Assembly (NCBI GenBank): GCA_047974855.1
Contig: JBKECT010000033.1
Span: 744 to 64,743, forward strand
Length of the DNA: 64,000 bases
Origin: Anaerorhabdus sp.
GTDB lineage: Bacteria; Bacillota_I; Bacilli_A; Erysipelotrichales; Erysipelotrichaceae
Direction of reading: 5' to 3'
The position numbers and the translations under genes were made by a program. Below the pieces are notes generated by a model. The model was not told the origin of the DNA. It did no database searches and was given only the letters and a program-made list of their open reading frames with translations. This document shows positions 8,786 to 18,341 of the stretch, in pieces (within the stretch, counting starts at the first letter, position 1; the number at the start of each line of letters is the position of its first letter).

Positions 8786-9802
8786 CTAATATTGCGGATT
8801 GTCAAAGTCAATAAAATCTCTGGGATTGACCGTTTTTCCATTCACTTTAAAATTTAAATGCAAGTGACACGCTGTCGATATTCCCGTTGATCCTATAAGT
8901 CCTATATAATCCCCACGAGAAACTAAAGTCCCTACACCTAACGTATACTTATCCGCCATGTGAACATATTTAATCACAATACCATCTCCAGCATCAACGG
9001 TCACAGAATTAGCGATATTTGCTCCATCGGTATGCTGTACTGCAATTACAACACCATCACTTACTGAATAGATTGGAACTCCACAATCATTTGGTTTAGG
9101 AAAAGCCAAATCGATTGCATCGTGCCACATTAGAGTTCCGAAAGGCGAATACCAGCCCATCTCTGCTGTTACATCTGCTTTTGTAGTAAACGGATAAATA
9201 AATCGATCATCTCCATTTACTGATCTTCTGTAGACACCTAATCCATTAAAGTAACTTATAAATTCTGCAAACTCTTCCTGAGTTGCTATTTTAAATATTT
9301 CGTCATAAGTACCTAACTTACTCAGATTATCTACATATTCTTCAACGCTATATAACTCGTACCTCACTTCGATTTCAACGACTTGCTCTCCATACTCATT
9401 CCATACAGGATTTCCATATTCATCAAAGACAAGTTTATACTCAATAATTTCCTTCTTCGCTGCATTAATTAGAGTTAAGATATCCGCTTCTGTTGCTTCT
9501 TCCGTTCCTACTATAACCAACGGTATGAATATGTAGTTTAAAGGCATTGTTATCTGTTTTTCTGCCATAATGTGCGGTAAATATTCTTCATTGAAGAGTT
9601 CTGTTGCCTCTGGTGTTTCAATAAAACTATCAATTAAATCGTATAGTTCAGTAATCTCAATCTCACCTAAAAACGCCTCTTCGAAAAAATCACCTACAAC
9701 ACGAAACGGTGTACCCACCGCCGATATTGCTGCAACGATAGGCATTAGCAACACCGCAGAACCGATAAATATACCACCAAAAAGTATCCCTATCTTTTTC
9801 AT
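8786..9802 (-). CDS. Membrane-anchored M23 peptidase (conjugation-associated cell-wall hydrolase)
   Basis: N-terminal TM segment. C-terminal M23 motifs WHDAIDLAF and GSTGISTACHLHLNFKVNG. Confidence 0.75.
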   Translation of the reverse strand: MKKIGILFGGIFIGSAVLLMPIVAAISAVGTPFRVVGDFFEEAFLGEIEITELYDLIDSFIETPEATELFNEEYLPHIMAEKQITMPLNYIFIPLVIVGTEEATEADILTLINAAKKEIIEYKLVFDEYGNPVWNEYGEQVVEIEVRYELYSVEEYVDNLSKLGTYDEIFKIATQEEFAEFISYFNGLGVYRRSVNGDDRFIYPFTTKADVTAEMGWYSPFGTLMWHDAIDLAFPKPNDCGVPIYSVSDGVVIAVQHTDGANIANSVTVDAGDGIVIKYVHMADKYTLGVGTLVSRGDYIGLIGSTGISTACHLHLNFKVNGKTVNPRDFIDFDNPQY

Positions 9803-9846
9803 CTTTAGTTACTCACCAACTTCCACTTTATTTAATCGTTCACGTT

Positions 9847-10536
9847 CTATATCAGGGATTGGTTCAATAAAAAAGTCTCAAGGACTTCTCCATTGAAACT
9901 CTTTGATATGACATCATGTTTCTCTACGTTCTCCAAAAGTTGATTGTATTTTTCATTTGCTTCTACCTCATCTTCAAATAAATAAAAAGTGGTATCCCAA
10001 AGAATATCATATTCTTTATTCGTGTCATTCCACTCACTGCCTTCAGAAACTATCACTTTATATTTATTATACTCCATAGCCTTAGCTTCAAGTAATTTAA
10101 AGTCGCAACATTTTTTTATAAAAAATTGATTTTTTTCTATAACTACTTTGTTATATACCATATTAGCTGTTGACTTAAGTTTTTCAAAGTTATTGTTACA
10201 ATAGTTAAATTCTTCCTGTAATAATCTTCTGTACTTTAAATCAGTTTCATTTGAGATATCTTTAATCCACGCTTTACCATCTGGAATCGGAAACATAAAA
10301 GAAAATCTAACACTAGAAATAGCTTCTCCATTATTGTTTTCTATCAACTCATTAGTTACTTGTTTTCTATTAAATGATGAAATAGGTGCATAAAATTTCA
10401 TATTATTAATTTCAAAAACAATACCAATTAAGAATTTATTATTTGATAAATATTCTATATTTGGAACCTTACTATCATATTTTTTTAGTTCTTTAACGTA
10501 GTCCAAATCTACATTATAAAACTTTAAGTTGTACAT
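9847..10536 (-). CDS. Type III toxin-antitoxin toxin, ToxN/AbiQ family endoribonuclease, with an extra ~60-aa C-terminal extension
   Basis: LKFYNVDLDYVKELKKYDSKVPN...FLIGIVFEINNMKFYAPISS...FMFPIP...CDFKLLE tracks my recollection of the ToxN/AbiQ sequence. Preceded by a terminator and tandem RNA repeats. Confidence 0.85.
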   Translation of the reverse strand: MYNLKFYNVDLDYVKELKKYDSKVPNIEYLSNNKFLIGIVFEINNMKFYAPISSFNRKQVTNELIENNNGEAISSVRFSFMFPIPDGKAWIKDISNETDLKYRRLLQEEFNYCNNNFEKLKSTANMVYNKVVIEKNQFFIKKCCDFKLLEAKAMEYNKYKVIVSEGSEWNDTNKEYDILWDTTFYLFEDEVEANEKYNQLLENVEKHDVISKSFNGEVLETFLLNQSLI

Positions 10537-10561
10537 AAACTCCCTCCTCTCACAAACAATA

Positions 10562-10590
10562 GAAAAAAAGCACGAATATTCGTGCTTTCT
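10562..10590 (-). terminator. Terminator between the antitoxin repeats and the toxin gene
   Basis: Minus strand reads GCACGAA-TA-TTCGTGC followed by TTTTTTT. Confidence 0.7.
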
Positions 10591-10592
10591 TA

Positions 10593-10676
10593 ATTACAAG
10601 TCGCTCTTTACAGTGGCGAAACACTATCGAATTACCAGTCGCTCATTACAGTGGCGAAACACTATCGAATTACAAC
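10593..10676 (-). ncRNA. ToxI/AntiQ-like antitoxin RNA: 2.2 tandem 38-nt repeats
   Basis: Units at 10593-10630 and 10631-10668 differ at 2 positions by my alignment. A partial third unit is at 10669-10676. Directly upstream (minus strand) of the terminator and toxin gene. Confidence 0.8.
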
Positions 10677-10767
10677 TATAGTATACCATAAAAACGTTGT
10701 AAATCAATAGAAAATATTATTTTTTTATATTTTTTTCCTCCCCCTTAAATCTTTTTGAAAGTTCCGT

Positions 10768-12516
10768 TTATTGATTTCTAATTGGATCCATTTCATAAAG
10801 TTCTTTAGGTGTTGCATACACAGAAATTACCATCTTTTGATTACCTGCAAAAAACAGCCCATCACCCTGCAATATTCTCCTATTGTTTGTATCCAGCAAA
10901 TGCCTTTCCCAATCATTCAATGAAATAAGTTCCGCTAATGAATCAACCGCATGTTTAGATACCCCCATAATTAATTTATACGCTGAGTTATTCATAATCG
11001 CAGTTCCATAGGCTTTCATTTCAACACCGTTTATCAACACCGATGAATTTAGATCTGATGGATCCTGAGAAGCGTAAACAAAAAGATTGTTATATTTTCT
11101 AGACCGCCGTGCATAAGTAGACATTTCTCGTGCTGACTCTCCTTCTAAGATGTATTCCTGCCCTTCATCCATCACCAATGCAGTATCACCTTCTCCAGAG
11201 CAAATTGCCCAAGAATATTTGAACATGATAAAGTTTAAAGCGTTTCTCAACCCCAGATCTTTGTTCTTCAATGATTTCGTTCCAAAACCTAAAAAATTCG
11301 TGTTATTTTTTACGGTTGTGTGTCCATTGAAAAAATGACCATTGCTGACGATCAGAGGTTTAATGTAACTGTTTAATTTAGTTAAAAGTTCTTTACGATA
11401 GTTAGTCTTTTCAATTTCTATTTCCTTGATTAATACATCTCTAAAATCTTCAAGTATTGGATAGTCCTGATTCGTTAGATTTCTAAAATCAGTCGTCGCT
11501 GATATACCCTTCAATGCATAAGTCTTCATTACAAGCTCGTCGATCTCGTTGACTGCTTCAGCAACCTTGTCAACGATATTCCCGTGATAGAGCATCAATA
11601 CCGTCTTAAAGTCATCGATTACGTTAGATATAGATATCGTTGTATTCCAACGAACATCATCAAACTGATCATCTTCATCTGTCGTGATAGGTTTTAAATC
11701 AAAGATATTAATTTGATTGTTGGGTGTACCCCAATTTACAAACTCTCCGCCATACCGCTTAAGCAGATGTACATTCTTATTCTCTGGATCAATCCAAATC
11801 GTTTTTATTTTTTTCTTAATGAAATGCCTAATGAATTTCATCAATGCTGTAGACTTCCCTGACCCCTGAGCTCCAAAAACAACGATATTTCCATTAAGGC
11901 GATTTTGATTTTGACTTTCTCTTCTTTGGTGATTATAGAAAAACGGGTCAATCATTATAATTCCATTGTTGTTTTTTTCGAATCCTAATAGAAATCCATC
12001 TTTATCCATCAGTTTAAGAAAATGATACGGCCACATCGTTGCAAACGCTGTAGTCGTCATAGGGACTCCCAAATTCCAAATCAAATCTTCATGAACTCCA
12101 TGCTTAACAAAAAGCGGTGAATTCAATTTAAAAAGTTCTTCTTGCATCATTGCTAAATCCTTAATTTTGAAGTTCATCTGTGAAAAATCATTTTTCAACT
12201 TCCTACAAGAATCATTTAATTCTTCATAAGTATCTTTGGTGATTGTAATCGTCATAAAAACATCTAATATTCGATCATTACTAGCTACTAATAATTCAAC
12301 ATACTCTTTAAAGTTTTCTAGATCTTTTCTAAGTCTAGCCGCTAAGGTTGGATCGGTCGTTTTATCAAGCTCTTGAGACTTGCGGTGCACTTCCTTTTTC
12401 AACGGTTTAGATAAGTCATAATTTAACTGAGTAGTCTTTACTCTAATTTTCATCGATTTATCTTGCAGACAACTGCTCAGAAACCCAAAGTTAATTCTTT
12501 CAGGGAACTGTGTCAC
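10768..12516 (-). CDS. virB4: VirB4-type conjugation ATPase, C-terminal part (gene appears split or interrupted)
   Basis: Walker A in VVFGAQGSGKSTALMKF. The track start is a GTG. The same frame stays open upstream to an in-frame TAA (12559-12561), with an ATG at 12615. Confidence 0.8.
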   Translation of the reverse strand: MTQFPERINFGFLSSCLQDKSMKIRVKTTQLNYDLSKPLKKEVHRKSQELDKTTDPTLAARLRKDLENFKEYVELLVASNDRILDVFMTITITKDTYEELNDSCRKLKNDFSQMNFKIKDLAMMQEELFKLNSPLFVKHGVHEDLIWNLGVPMTTTAFATMWPYHFLKLMDKDGFLLGFEKNNNGIIMIDPFFYNHQRRESQNQNRLNGNIVVFGAQGSGKSTALMKFIRHFIKKKIKTIWIDPENKNVHLLKRYGGEFVNWGTPNNQINIFDLKPITTDEDDQFDDVRWNTTISISNVIDDFKTVLMLYHGNIVDKVAEAVNEIDELVMKTYALKGISATTDFRNLTNQDYPILEDFRDVLIKEIEIEKTNYRKELLTKLNSYIKPLIVSNGHFFNGHTTVKNNTNFLGFGTKSLKNKDLGLRNALNFIMFKYSWAICSGEGDTALVMDEGQEYILEGESAREMSTYARRSRKYNNLFVYASQDPSDLNSSVLINGVEMKAYGTAIMNNSAYKLIMGVSKHAVDSLAELISLNDWERHLLDTNNRRILQGDGLFFAGNQKMVISVYATPKELYEMDPIRNQ

Positions 12517-12601
12517 TATAAATGTTCTTACGAATTTATCCGCAAGAATTAAATCTTTTTATCTGATCTTAAGTGATGTTGGTGCTGCTAATATTTTATC
12601 T

Positions 12602-13267
12602 TTACTCAACTTCATCACCTCTTTCTACTTCTATTTTTGGTTCTCCTAAAAGTTCAAATTCTCCTGTACTCAAGTATACGTCTAACATTGTCTGACTTTC
12701 AAATTCATATTTAATTAGATTAGAGAAGTCAATTTTATTCATCTGATCCACTTCAAAGCCATTTGAAATAAACAACCTCTTTAGTTCAGCAAAACTGTCA
12801 TTCAATTTTTTTATGTTAGAAGATTTAATCATAATAAAGAAACTCAACTCGTAGATATTTCGCTCTACTTCTTGCATTACTTCCAGATCAAGTAAATGCA
12901 TCTCTTTAATCTGTGGGTTTGTTTCGAACTCTAATTCTTTAGAAATGCGTTCGTATACATCTGTTAACTCGATAGGTGTATATACATATGCATGATAAAG
13001 ATCCACATTAATGCAACTTAGCAAAAACTGAAGAGATTGAACCCATGAATTTTGTACACCTGAAGTATCTAAAAATATGTTTGGTGGAATAATTTTTATA
13101 CCCAACACTCTTTCAGTTCTTCCACCTGATTTTAGATCAACATAGTCTATACCAATCTCTTCGATATCTATCCATTGCAACGTTTTTAGAATCGCTTTTT
13201 TCTTTTTCGTTATTTTTTTTAGTTCTTTCTTATTCTTATTTTTTGTAAATTTCTCCAATACCGCCAT
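12602..13267 (-). CDS. VirB4 N-terminal-domain-like protein (separate ORF)
   Basis: 221 aa. The pattern WIDIEEIGIDYVDLKSGGRTERVLGIKIIPPNIFL resembles N-termini of Gram-positive VirB4 homologues. It ends where an overlapping ATG (12615) begins the next frame. Confidence 0.55.
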   Translation of the reverse strand: MAVLEKFTKNKNKKELKKITKKKKAILKTLQWIDIEEIGIDYVDLKSGGRTERVLGIKIIPPNIFLDTSGVQNSWVQSLQFLLSCINVDLYHAYVYTPIELTDVYERISKELEFETNPQIKEMHLLDLEVMQEVERNIYELSFFIMIKSSNIKKLNDSFAELKRLFISNGFEVDQMNKIDFSNLIKYEFESQTMLDVYLSTGEFELLGEPKIEVERGDEVE

Positions 13268-13547
13268 ATCTGTAGTCTTTCTCCTTTCTTTTAAAGCTAA
13301 TCCAAATCAAAATGTATCTATAAACTGCTTGATATTGTTTAATAGGGATCATAATAACAAACGTTGCACAAACTATACCCACTCCTAAAAACAATACTAA
13401 TGTATTGCTCAGACCGATCGCAAATACAGTTATAAATCCTATAAGACTTACCACAACTAATATTCCAAAATCACTCTTCTTATACAAACCTGCAATATAT
13501 TTACCCGATTTATAGTTCTGAGGAACTACTGCTGTTAATTCTTCCAT
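13236..13547 (-). CDS. Small membrane protein, VirB3/PrgI-like by position
   Basis: 103 aa with two TM segments, immediately upstream of the VirB4 ORFs. Confidence 0.45.
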   Translation of the reverse strand: MEELTAVVPQNYKSGKYIAGLYKKSDFGILVVVSLIGFITVFAIGLSNTLVLFLGVGIVCATFVIMIPIKQYQAVYRYILIWISFKRKEKDYRYGGIGEIYKK

Positions 13548-13548
13548 A

Positions 13549-14922
13549 TCATGCTCCTTTCAAATCTTTCATTGTGTTACGCATTGAATTTAATCCACTA
13601 GATGCTTTTCCCACTGCTTTACCCATAGAGCTATTTGCATAACGATTGGCACTTGCAGCATATAGATGTCCGCTAGTAGCTGTAGCAAATCTCGCTACAG
13701 ACCCTCCAACACCACCTGCCATTGAAGAGCCAACACTAAATGCTCCCGCAACACTGCCAGGTTTTGCTAGCGACTGTCCTGCTGAAATTTTACTAGCAGC
13801 ACCTCCTGCAGCACCTGCAATACCTCCTGCACTACCCGCAGCACTTGATAACGTGCTTATAGAGTTTCCTCCAAGAAAACGTCCAATTCCATAAACACCT
13901 CCACTTGCAGCGGATGCAGCCGTCCCACCAACTGACTTTATAGCACTTCCTGCAACCGCTCCACCAGCTAATGCAGCTCCTCCAATACCACGAGTAACAT
14001 TTGAGATCTGAGATAACTGCTGTAATGTATCACCCGTAGAAGAGTCAATTCCCAAAGTTTTTCCAAGAAACTCACCGCTTCCAAGGGTAAACAAGAATCC
14101 GCCAATCAATATCAGTAATCTTGCAAAAACACTTACATCTCTTACTGCAGTAGACCCTGATAAATTAACCACTATAATTAAACATAAGATTTGAACAAAG
14201 TTACACAGATATATTCCAATAAACTGTTTAAACCACGCTCCACTAACATCACCATCTTTGAAAATAAAACTAGAAAGCGGTATAGGGGCAAATATACCCA
14301 ACACCACTAATCCGAACAACCTTTTAGCTATACCAAGTGCTATAGAGATCATCAATACTGAAGCAGCACCACCTATGATTATTATGACAAATAAATCCAT
14401 CAAATCAGGAAAAAATTTATAGGTTTCATTTAAAAAATCCCCTTCTTTTTCCTTTATGTCAATATCATCTAATGTATAGGTTATATTTTCACCACGGTCA
14501 CCTTCTATATATGTTGAAATAATTGTAGTTGACGGAACTTCACCACTACTAACTCCACCGAAAAGACCCACATTTGATACAAACTGATATCCTGTAGTGT
14601 TTACTGCACCAATTAGAAGCGGAAATGCAGCGGTAATTGCAATAACAACGCCAGTCCTAACAAATATACTTCCAATATGAAATTTTTCCATTGCCTCTTC
14701 ATCAAAATAAGCTTTTATTGCTCTTGCTGATACCCGATAAATAATTAAAAATCCCAGGAAAAGAGAAATCGCACCCCACACATCCCAGACATAACTTTCG
14801 CCAAAAAAATTAACGCTAATAATTTCCTCAATAAGTGAATAACACATATCCATAAGCCACAATAAAGCGGATCCTAGACCCCAGAAAAGTCCACGGATAA
14901 TATTATTAACCCACTCCCACAT
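13549..14922 (-). CDS. Polytopic membrane protein, VirB6/TrbL-like, with a Gly/Ala/Ser-rich C-terminal tail
   Basis: 457 aa with at least 6 predicted TM segments. Position is within the T4SS block. Confidence 0.45.
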   Translation of the reverse strand: MWEWVNNIIRGLFWGLGSALLWLMDMCYSLIEEIISVNFFGESYVWDVWGAISLFLGFLIIYRVSARAIKAYFDEEAMEKFHIGSIFVRTGVVIAITAAFPLLIGAVNTTGYQFVSNVGLFGGVSSGEVPSTTIISTYIEGDRGENITYTLDDIDIKEKEGDFLNETYKFFPDLMDLFVIIIIGGAASVLMISIALGIAKRLFGLVVLGIFAPIPLSSFIFKDGDVSGAWFKQFIGIYLCNFVQILCLIIVVNLSGSTAVRDVSVFARLLILIGGFLFTLGSGEFLGKTLGIDSSTGDTLQQLSQISNVTRGIGGAALAGGAVAGSAIKSVGGTAASAASGGVYGIGRFLGGNSISTLSSAAGSAGGIAGAAGGAASKISAGQSLAKPGSVAGAFSVGSSMAGGVGGSVARFATATSGHLYAASANRYANSSMGKAVGKASSGLNSMRNTMKDLKGA

Positions 14923-14941
14923 CTTTAATCACTCTCCTTCT

Positions 14942-15208
14942 CTATAAACCAAATGCTTTAATGATTTGCGGAGCAAGTACAATGATCAAACCAACAATCA
15001 ATATCTTACCCACTCTTTTAATCCATTCTTTCCAACTTCTTTCATCTTCTTCTGTAGTAGCGATGTACTTATAACTTTGCCAAGCAATTACTACCGCAAG
15101 CACAATCGCTAGACTCATGGTCATTAAATTGTACATACTTTCTAAATACGGTGACAGCAAATTAAAGATTGCTGTCTCATCAATTCCACCTTCTCTTAAT
15201 ATTCTCAT
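14942..15208 (-). CDS. Small two-TM membrane protein
   Basis: 88 aa. Preceded by the conserved 47-nt leader. Confidence 0.55.
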   Translation of the reverse strand: MRILREGGIDETAIFNLLSPYLESMYNLMTMSLAIVLAVVIAWQSYKYIATTEEDERSWKEWIKRVGKILIVGLIIVLAPQIIKAFGL

Positions 15209-15256
15209 TTTTTCTCCTCCTGCAGACTTGCTGCTTCCTTTGGGGCAACTTGCCCC
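15209..15256 (-). promoter_or_regulatory. Conserved leader, class A, copy 1
   Basis: Minus strand reads GGGGCAAGTTGCCCCAAAGGAAGCAGCAAGTCTGCAGGAGGAGAAAA, then ATG. Confidence 0.8.
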
Positions 15257-15259
15257 AGA

Positions 15260-15631
15260 CTAAAATTCAATTGTTACACTTTTACTTTTTTTATGATCTA
15301 AATCTATTCCAAATCTTTCATTGACCATCCCTGCACATTCTTCTGTAGCAGTCAGTTTCTTGATAAACATTAACTCTTCAGCGATCGCCATATTTTCTTC
15401 ATCAAGATGAGCTAGCAATCCCCATTCAACTTCATCATATGTATCTAATGATGCTACAGTAATTAAGGATCTATATCCAGATGAAGAAATATTACCTCCA
15501 CGTTCAATATCAGATTTTAAACTTAAGTTTTGTTTTAATATTTCAATAGATTGATCATCTAATGAATTTAACATTTCTCTACTATTTTCTATACTTACAA
15601 TATCTTTTATTTCGTATCTTTCATTTTTCAT
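15260..15631 (-). CDS. Hypothetical protein (123 aa)
   Basis: ORF track entry. RBS GAGGAG upstream. Confidence 0.55.
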   Translation of the reverse strand: MKNERYEIKDIVSIENSREMLNSLDDQSIEILKQNLSLKSDIERGGNISSSGYRSLITVASLDTYDEVEWGLLAHLDEENMAIAEELMFIKKLTATEECAGMVNERFGIDLDHKKSKSVTIEF

Positions 15632-15755
15632 TTTTATCTCCTCTTTCTTTTTTTAATAAAGTACATTTTTCGCTTTTACAACATGAATCACAAAACATCA
15701 TAGAACACCCTTTCTCTTCTTCAATATCATAATCCTCAAGCCTATCCTCAATCAT
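15621..15755 (-). CDS. Small Cys-rich acidic peptide (44 aa), below the ORF-track size cutoff
   Basis: My translation: MIEDRLEDYDIEEEKGCSMMFCDSCCKSEKCTLLKKERGDKNEK. Preceded by class A leader copy 2. Its end overlaps the next start. Confidence 0.4.
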   Translation of the reverse strand: MIEDRLEDYDIEEEKGCSMMFCDSCCKSEKCTLLKKERGDKNEK

Positions 15756-15757
15756 AA

Positions 15758-15805
15758 TTTTTCTCCTCCTGCAGACTTGCTGCTTCCTTTGGGGCAACTT
15801 GCCCC
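15758..15805 (-). promoter_or_regulatory. Conserved leader, class A, copy 2
   Basis: Same 44-nt core as copy 1, ending at the ATG at 15755. Confidence 0.8.
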
Positions 15806-15926
15806 AATAAAAAAAAAGCTACGGTTCTATTCCGTAACTTAACGCTATAATACAAAAAAGAGGAAACCCTCTTTTTTAAGTCTTTATTTAATAACGTGAC
15901 CTACGTTGTGTCAATAGCATTTATCT

Positions 15927-18326
15927 TCATTCACCCCTCATAACAGGGATTTTAATAATCTGGTTAATACGATAATTATTGAATATTTCAATCCCATAAT
16001 CTGCTTCTGGTATGACAATACTACAACCATCGCCTTCGATAAAATACCCCCCTGGTGCTCTTGTTTCGCAAATACGATACTCGTGACCATATATAAGATC
16101 AGGACTATAGATAGTCCCTTGAGACACATATGTTTCGTAACTCTCAAATGTTGGATCTAAAACCAACTCTCCGCTTTCTTCTTCTGTAGAAACTCTTTCA
16201 ACAATATATTTCCCATCAGGTAAATATTTGATAAGTTCACCGCTCTCTCCTAACGTGTATAGATAGCTTACTTCAACTTCATCCTCTGTATCAAGTGATA
16301 CTCTATATTGTTCTCCAAGTTCTCCTTGAAGTATTAATGCACCAGTGATGTACTCACCAATAAATTCAGTTGTTGGTTCTTCCCAACTCTCTAATTCATC
16401 TTCAGTAAGTTCACCCCTCATCCGCTCAACTTCATAGTCTTTATAAATTTTTTCAATGGTAAAGGCCGCCCCTGAAAGTAAGATCGTTTGCGATTCATTT
16501 TGCTTGTACAACTTCAAAGCTAATCGTCTTCTTTTGTTTGAAAGAGTATCTGTAGAAAAACTAACCCCCTCACCTAGATCCATCGATACCACCTTACAAG
16601 CCTCTTCAGGAAGATCATAACCATCTGGTGCATTTACCTCACAGACTTCATACGTTCTGCCGTGTTTTAGTGGCATATTAGCCCATCCTACGAGCTCTTC
16701 TTCACTTAATAAGGTGAAAGTTCCAATTGGACTTTTTAGGCTGCTAGCGTCGTCTAAAACACGGTAAAAATAGCTTTGGCTTTCTCCTTCTGGGGCAACT
16801 TGCCCCAAAGCAGAAAGATCTAGCTCATTGAGAATTACTAATCCATTTTCATCAGTTTCTATTTCCATCACTTCTTCAAAATTCTCGTTTATCGAGATTT
16901 CTATTTTCCCTTGATAAGCCTGGCTATTATCAACTAAATCATACACTCTTATATATTGATTTCCTGTTATAACATCGAACTCATAGATATCTCCATCGAT
17001 ATCCATCAACGGAATAGTTTCTTCTTCGTCTTCCCAAAGCAAATTTCCATCTTCATCAACTGCTTGAACTTCTTCAGCTTCTGTTATATCAGTGACGCTA
17101 AATACAGCACCATCTAATAAGATTTCATTCCATTCTTCATCTATCTTAAAGTACTGAAGATCTACTTGCTGCAGATTATTCATAATAGAAATTTCTGTTG
17201 TTTCATTTAGTGCTATCTCAACTTCATAGATCCCTGGATTAATTACGTAGCCGTTCACCGTTTCAACTTCTCTTACATAGTAAGTCCCTGCAGGTAAAGT
17301 ATCCTCAATTAATATCTCTCCATCTTCATCAGTACTATATGTTCCAATAACATCATTAAATTCTTCATCGAATGCTACTTCAAATTGATGCCCTGATCCT
17401 GCCGCTAATCCATACTCATCTACTTTAATAATCTCTAGATTTCCTGTAGACATTTTAATATTTAAAGCATAAGAACTCCGTGGGTCTGAATAACCAATTG
17501 AAGCTACCGTTTGTGCTCCAGGAAGTGTCCAGACCACCCCAATCCAACTTGGGTCATTTGTACCAGGAGAAGAAATATCAATTTTTCCATTCTTATCAAA
17601 ATTCAAATCTTCAATGATCACAGTCAAATCATTTCCATTTTTTGAACAACTAACACCATTTGGGCACCCAACGTTATATTTATTCAAAACACCATTCGTA
17701 TCGGTAATCGTTTTCCCAACTTGAAATTCCAATTCTAAAGTTTGGTTGTGAAAACTTGGTGGTGTACCAAAACTATTGATATTTGCCTCTATTTGATTAA
17801 TCTGACTATCCACATTTACATTTGGAGTAATCCAATATCCTAATTCTCTCCAAATTAAGATTTGAGAAGCAATATAGTAATCGTCACTTCCATATTGTTG
17901 ATATCCAAAACGAACCACTTTCCATATTCGCCACTGTGTTTCCCAACCTAAATAATTCCAATCATTTGATTGATTATATTCCATACCAAGCCCAGCTGCT
18001 ACAGTAGGGTCTAAACAAAAAACAACTTGACCATCTATAGACATCATTGACAACCAATGTACTCCATTGTCATATTCAGCAAGTTTCTTCACTCTTACAA
18101 GTTGCGATCTAGTCTTATCACTTACTTCACCATTATAATAAGCTTGAAATTCTTCAACACTCATTAACTCTTGTGGTTCACTCCAGTAATCAAAATAATC
18201 TTCATTCTCTTCAATTAATTGACTCCCTTCTTCATTTTCTATTTCTTCAGCAATTACTGTTGAAATCATTGATAAAACCATACAAAAAGCCAGTAGAATT
18301 CTACTAGCACTTATTTTTTTATTCAT
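15927..18326 (-). CDS. Secreted surface adhesin with a thioester-domain-like N-terminal region and repeated SpaA/Cna-B-like domains
   Basis: Signal peptide present. VVFCLDP plus ASQILIWRE resembles the thioester Cys and TQxxIW motifs. Repeats of the type V(N/A)(G/P)(Y/D)GY... are present. No LPXTG-type sorting signal at the C-terminus. Confidence 0.65.
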   Translation of the reverse strand: MNKKISASRILLAFCMVLSMISTVIAEEIENEEGSQLIEENEDYFDYWSEPQELMSVEEFQAYYNGEVSDKTRSQLVRVKKLAEYDNGVHWLSMMSIDGQVVFCLDPTVAAGLGMEYNQSNDWNYLGWETQWRIWKVVRFGYQQYGSDDYYIASQILIWRELGYWITPNVNVDSQINQIEANINSFGTPPSFHNQTLELEFQVGKTITDTNGVLNKYNVGCPNGVSCSKNGNDLTVIIEDLNFDKNGKIDISSPGTNDPSWIGVVWTLPGAQTVASIGYSDPRSSYALNIKMSTGNLEIIKVDEYGLAAGSGHQFEVAFDEEFNDVIGTYSTDEDGEILIEDTLPAGTYYVREVETVNGYVINPGIYEVEIALNETTEISIMNNLQQVDLQYFKIDEEWNEILLDGAVFSVTDITEAEEVQAVDEDGNLLWEDEEETIPLMDIDGDIYEFDVITGNQYIRVYDLVDNSQAYQGKIEISINENFEEVMEIETDENGLVILNELDLSALGQVAPEGESQSYFYRVLDDASSLKSPIGTFTLLSEEELVGWANMPLKHGRTYEVCEVNAPDGYDLPEEACKVVSMDLGEGVSFSTDTLSNKRRRLALKLYKQNESQTILLSGAAFTIEKIYKDYEVERMRGELTEDELESWEEPTTEFIGEYITGALILQGELGEQYRVSLDTEDEVEVSYLYTLGESGELIKYLPDGKYIVERVSTEEESGELVLDPTFESYETYVSQGTIYSPDLIYGHEYRICETRAPGGYFIEGDGCSIVIPEADYGIEIFNNYRINQIIKIPVMRGE

Positions 18327-18341
18327 TTAATTTTCCTCTTT

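Noticed and set aside
10593-10676. Tandem 38-nt and 50-nt repeats (also 21719-21825) as minisatellites or CRISPR remnants
   Set aside because: The repeats are contiguous with no spacers and have about 2 copies. Each is followed by a terminator and a ToxN-like gene, which is the type III toxin-antitoxin architecture.
13549-13950. Gly/Ala/Ser-rich 3' part of the VirB6-like gene as a DNA repeat array
   Set aside because: It is low-complexity coding sequence without exact nucleotide periodicity.
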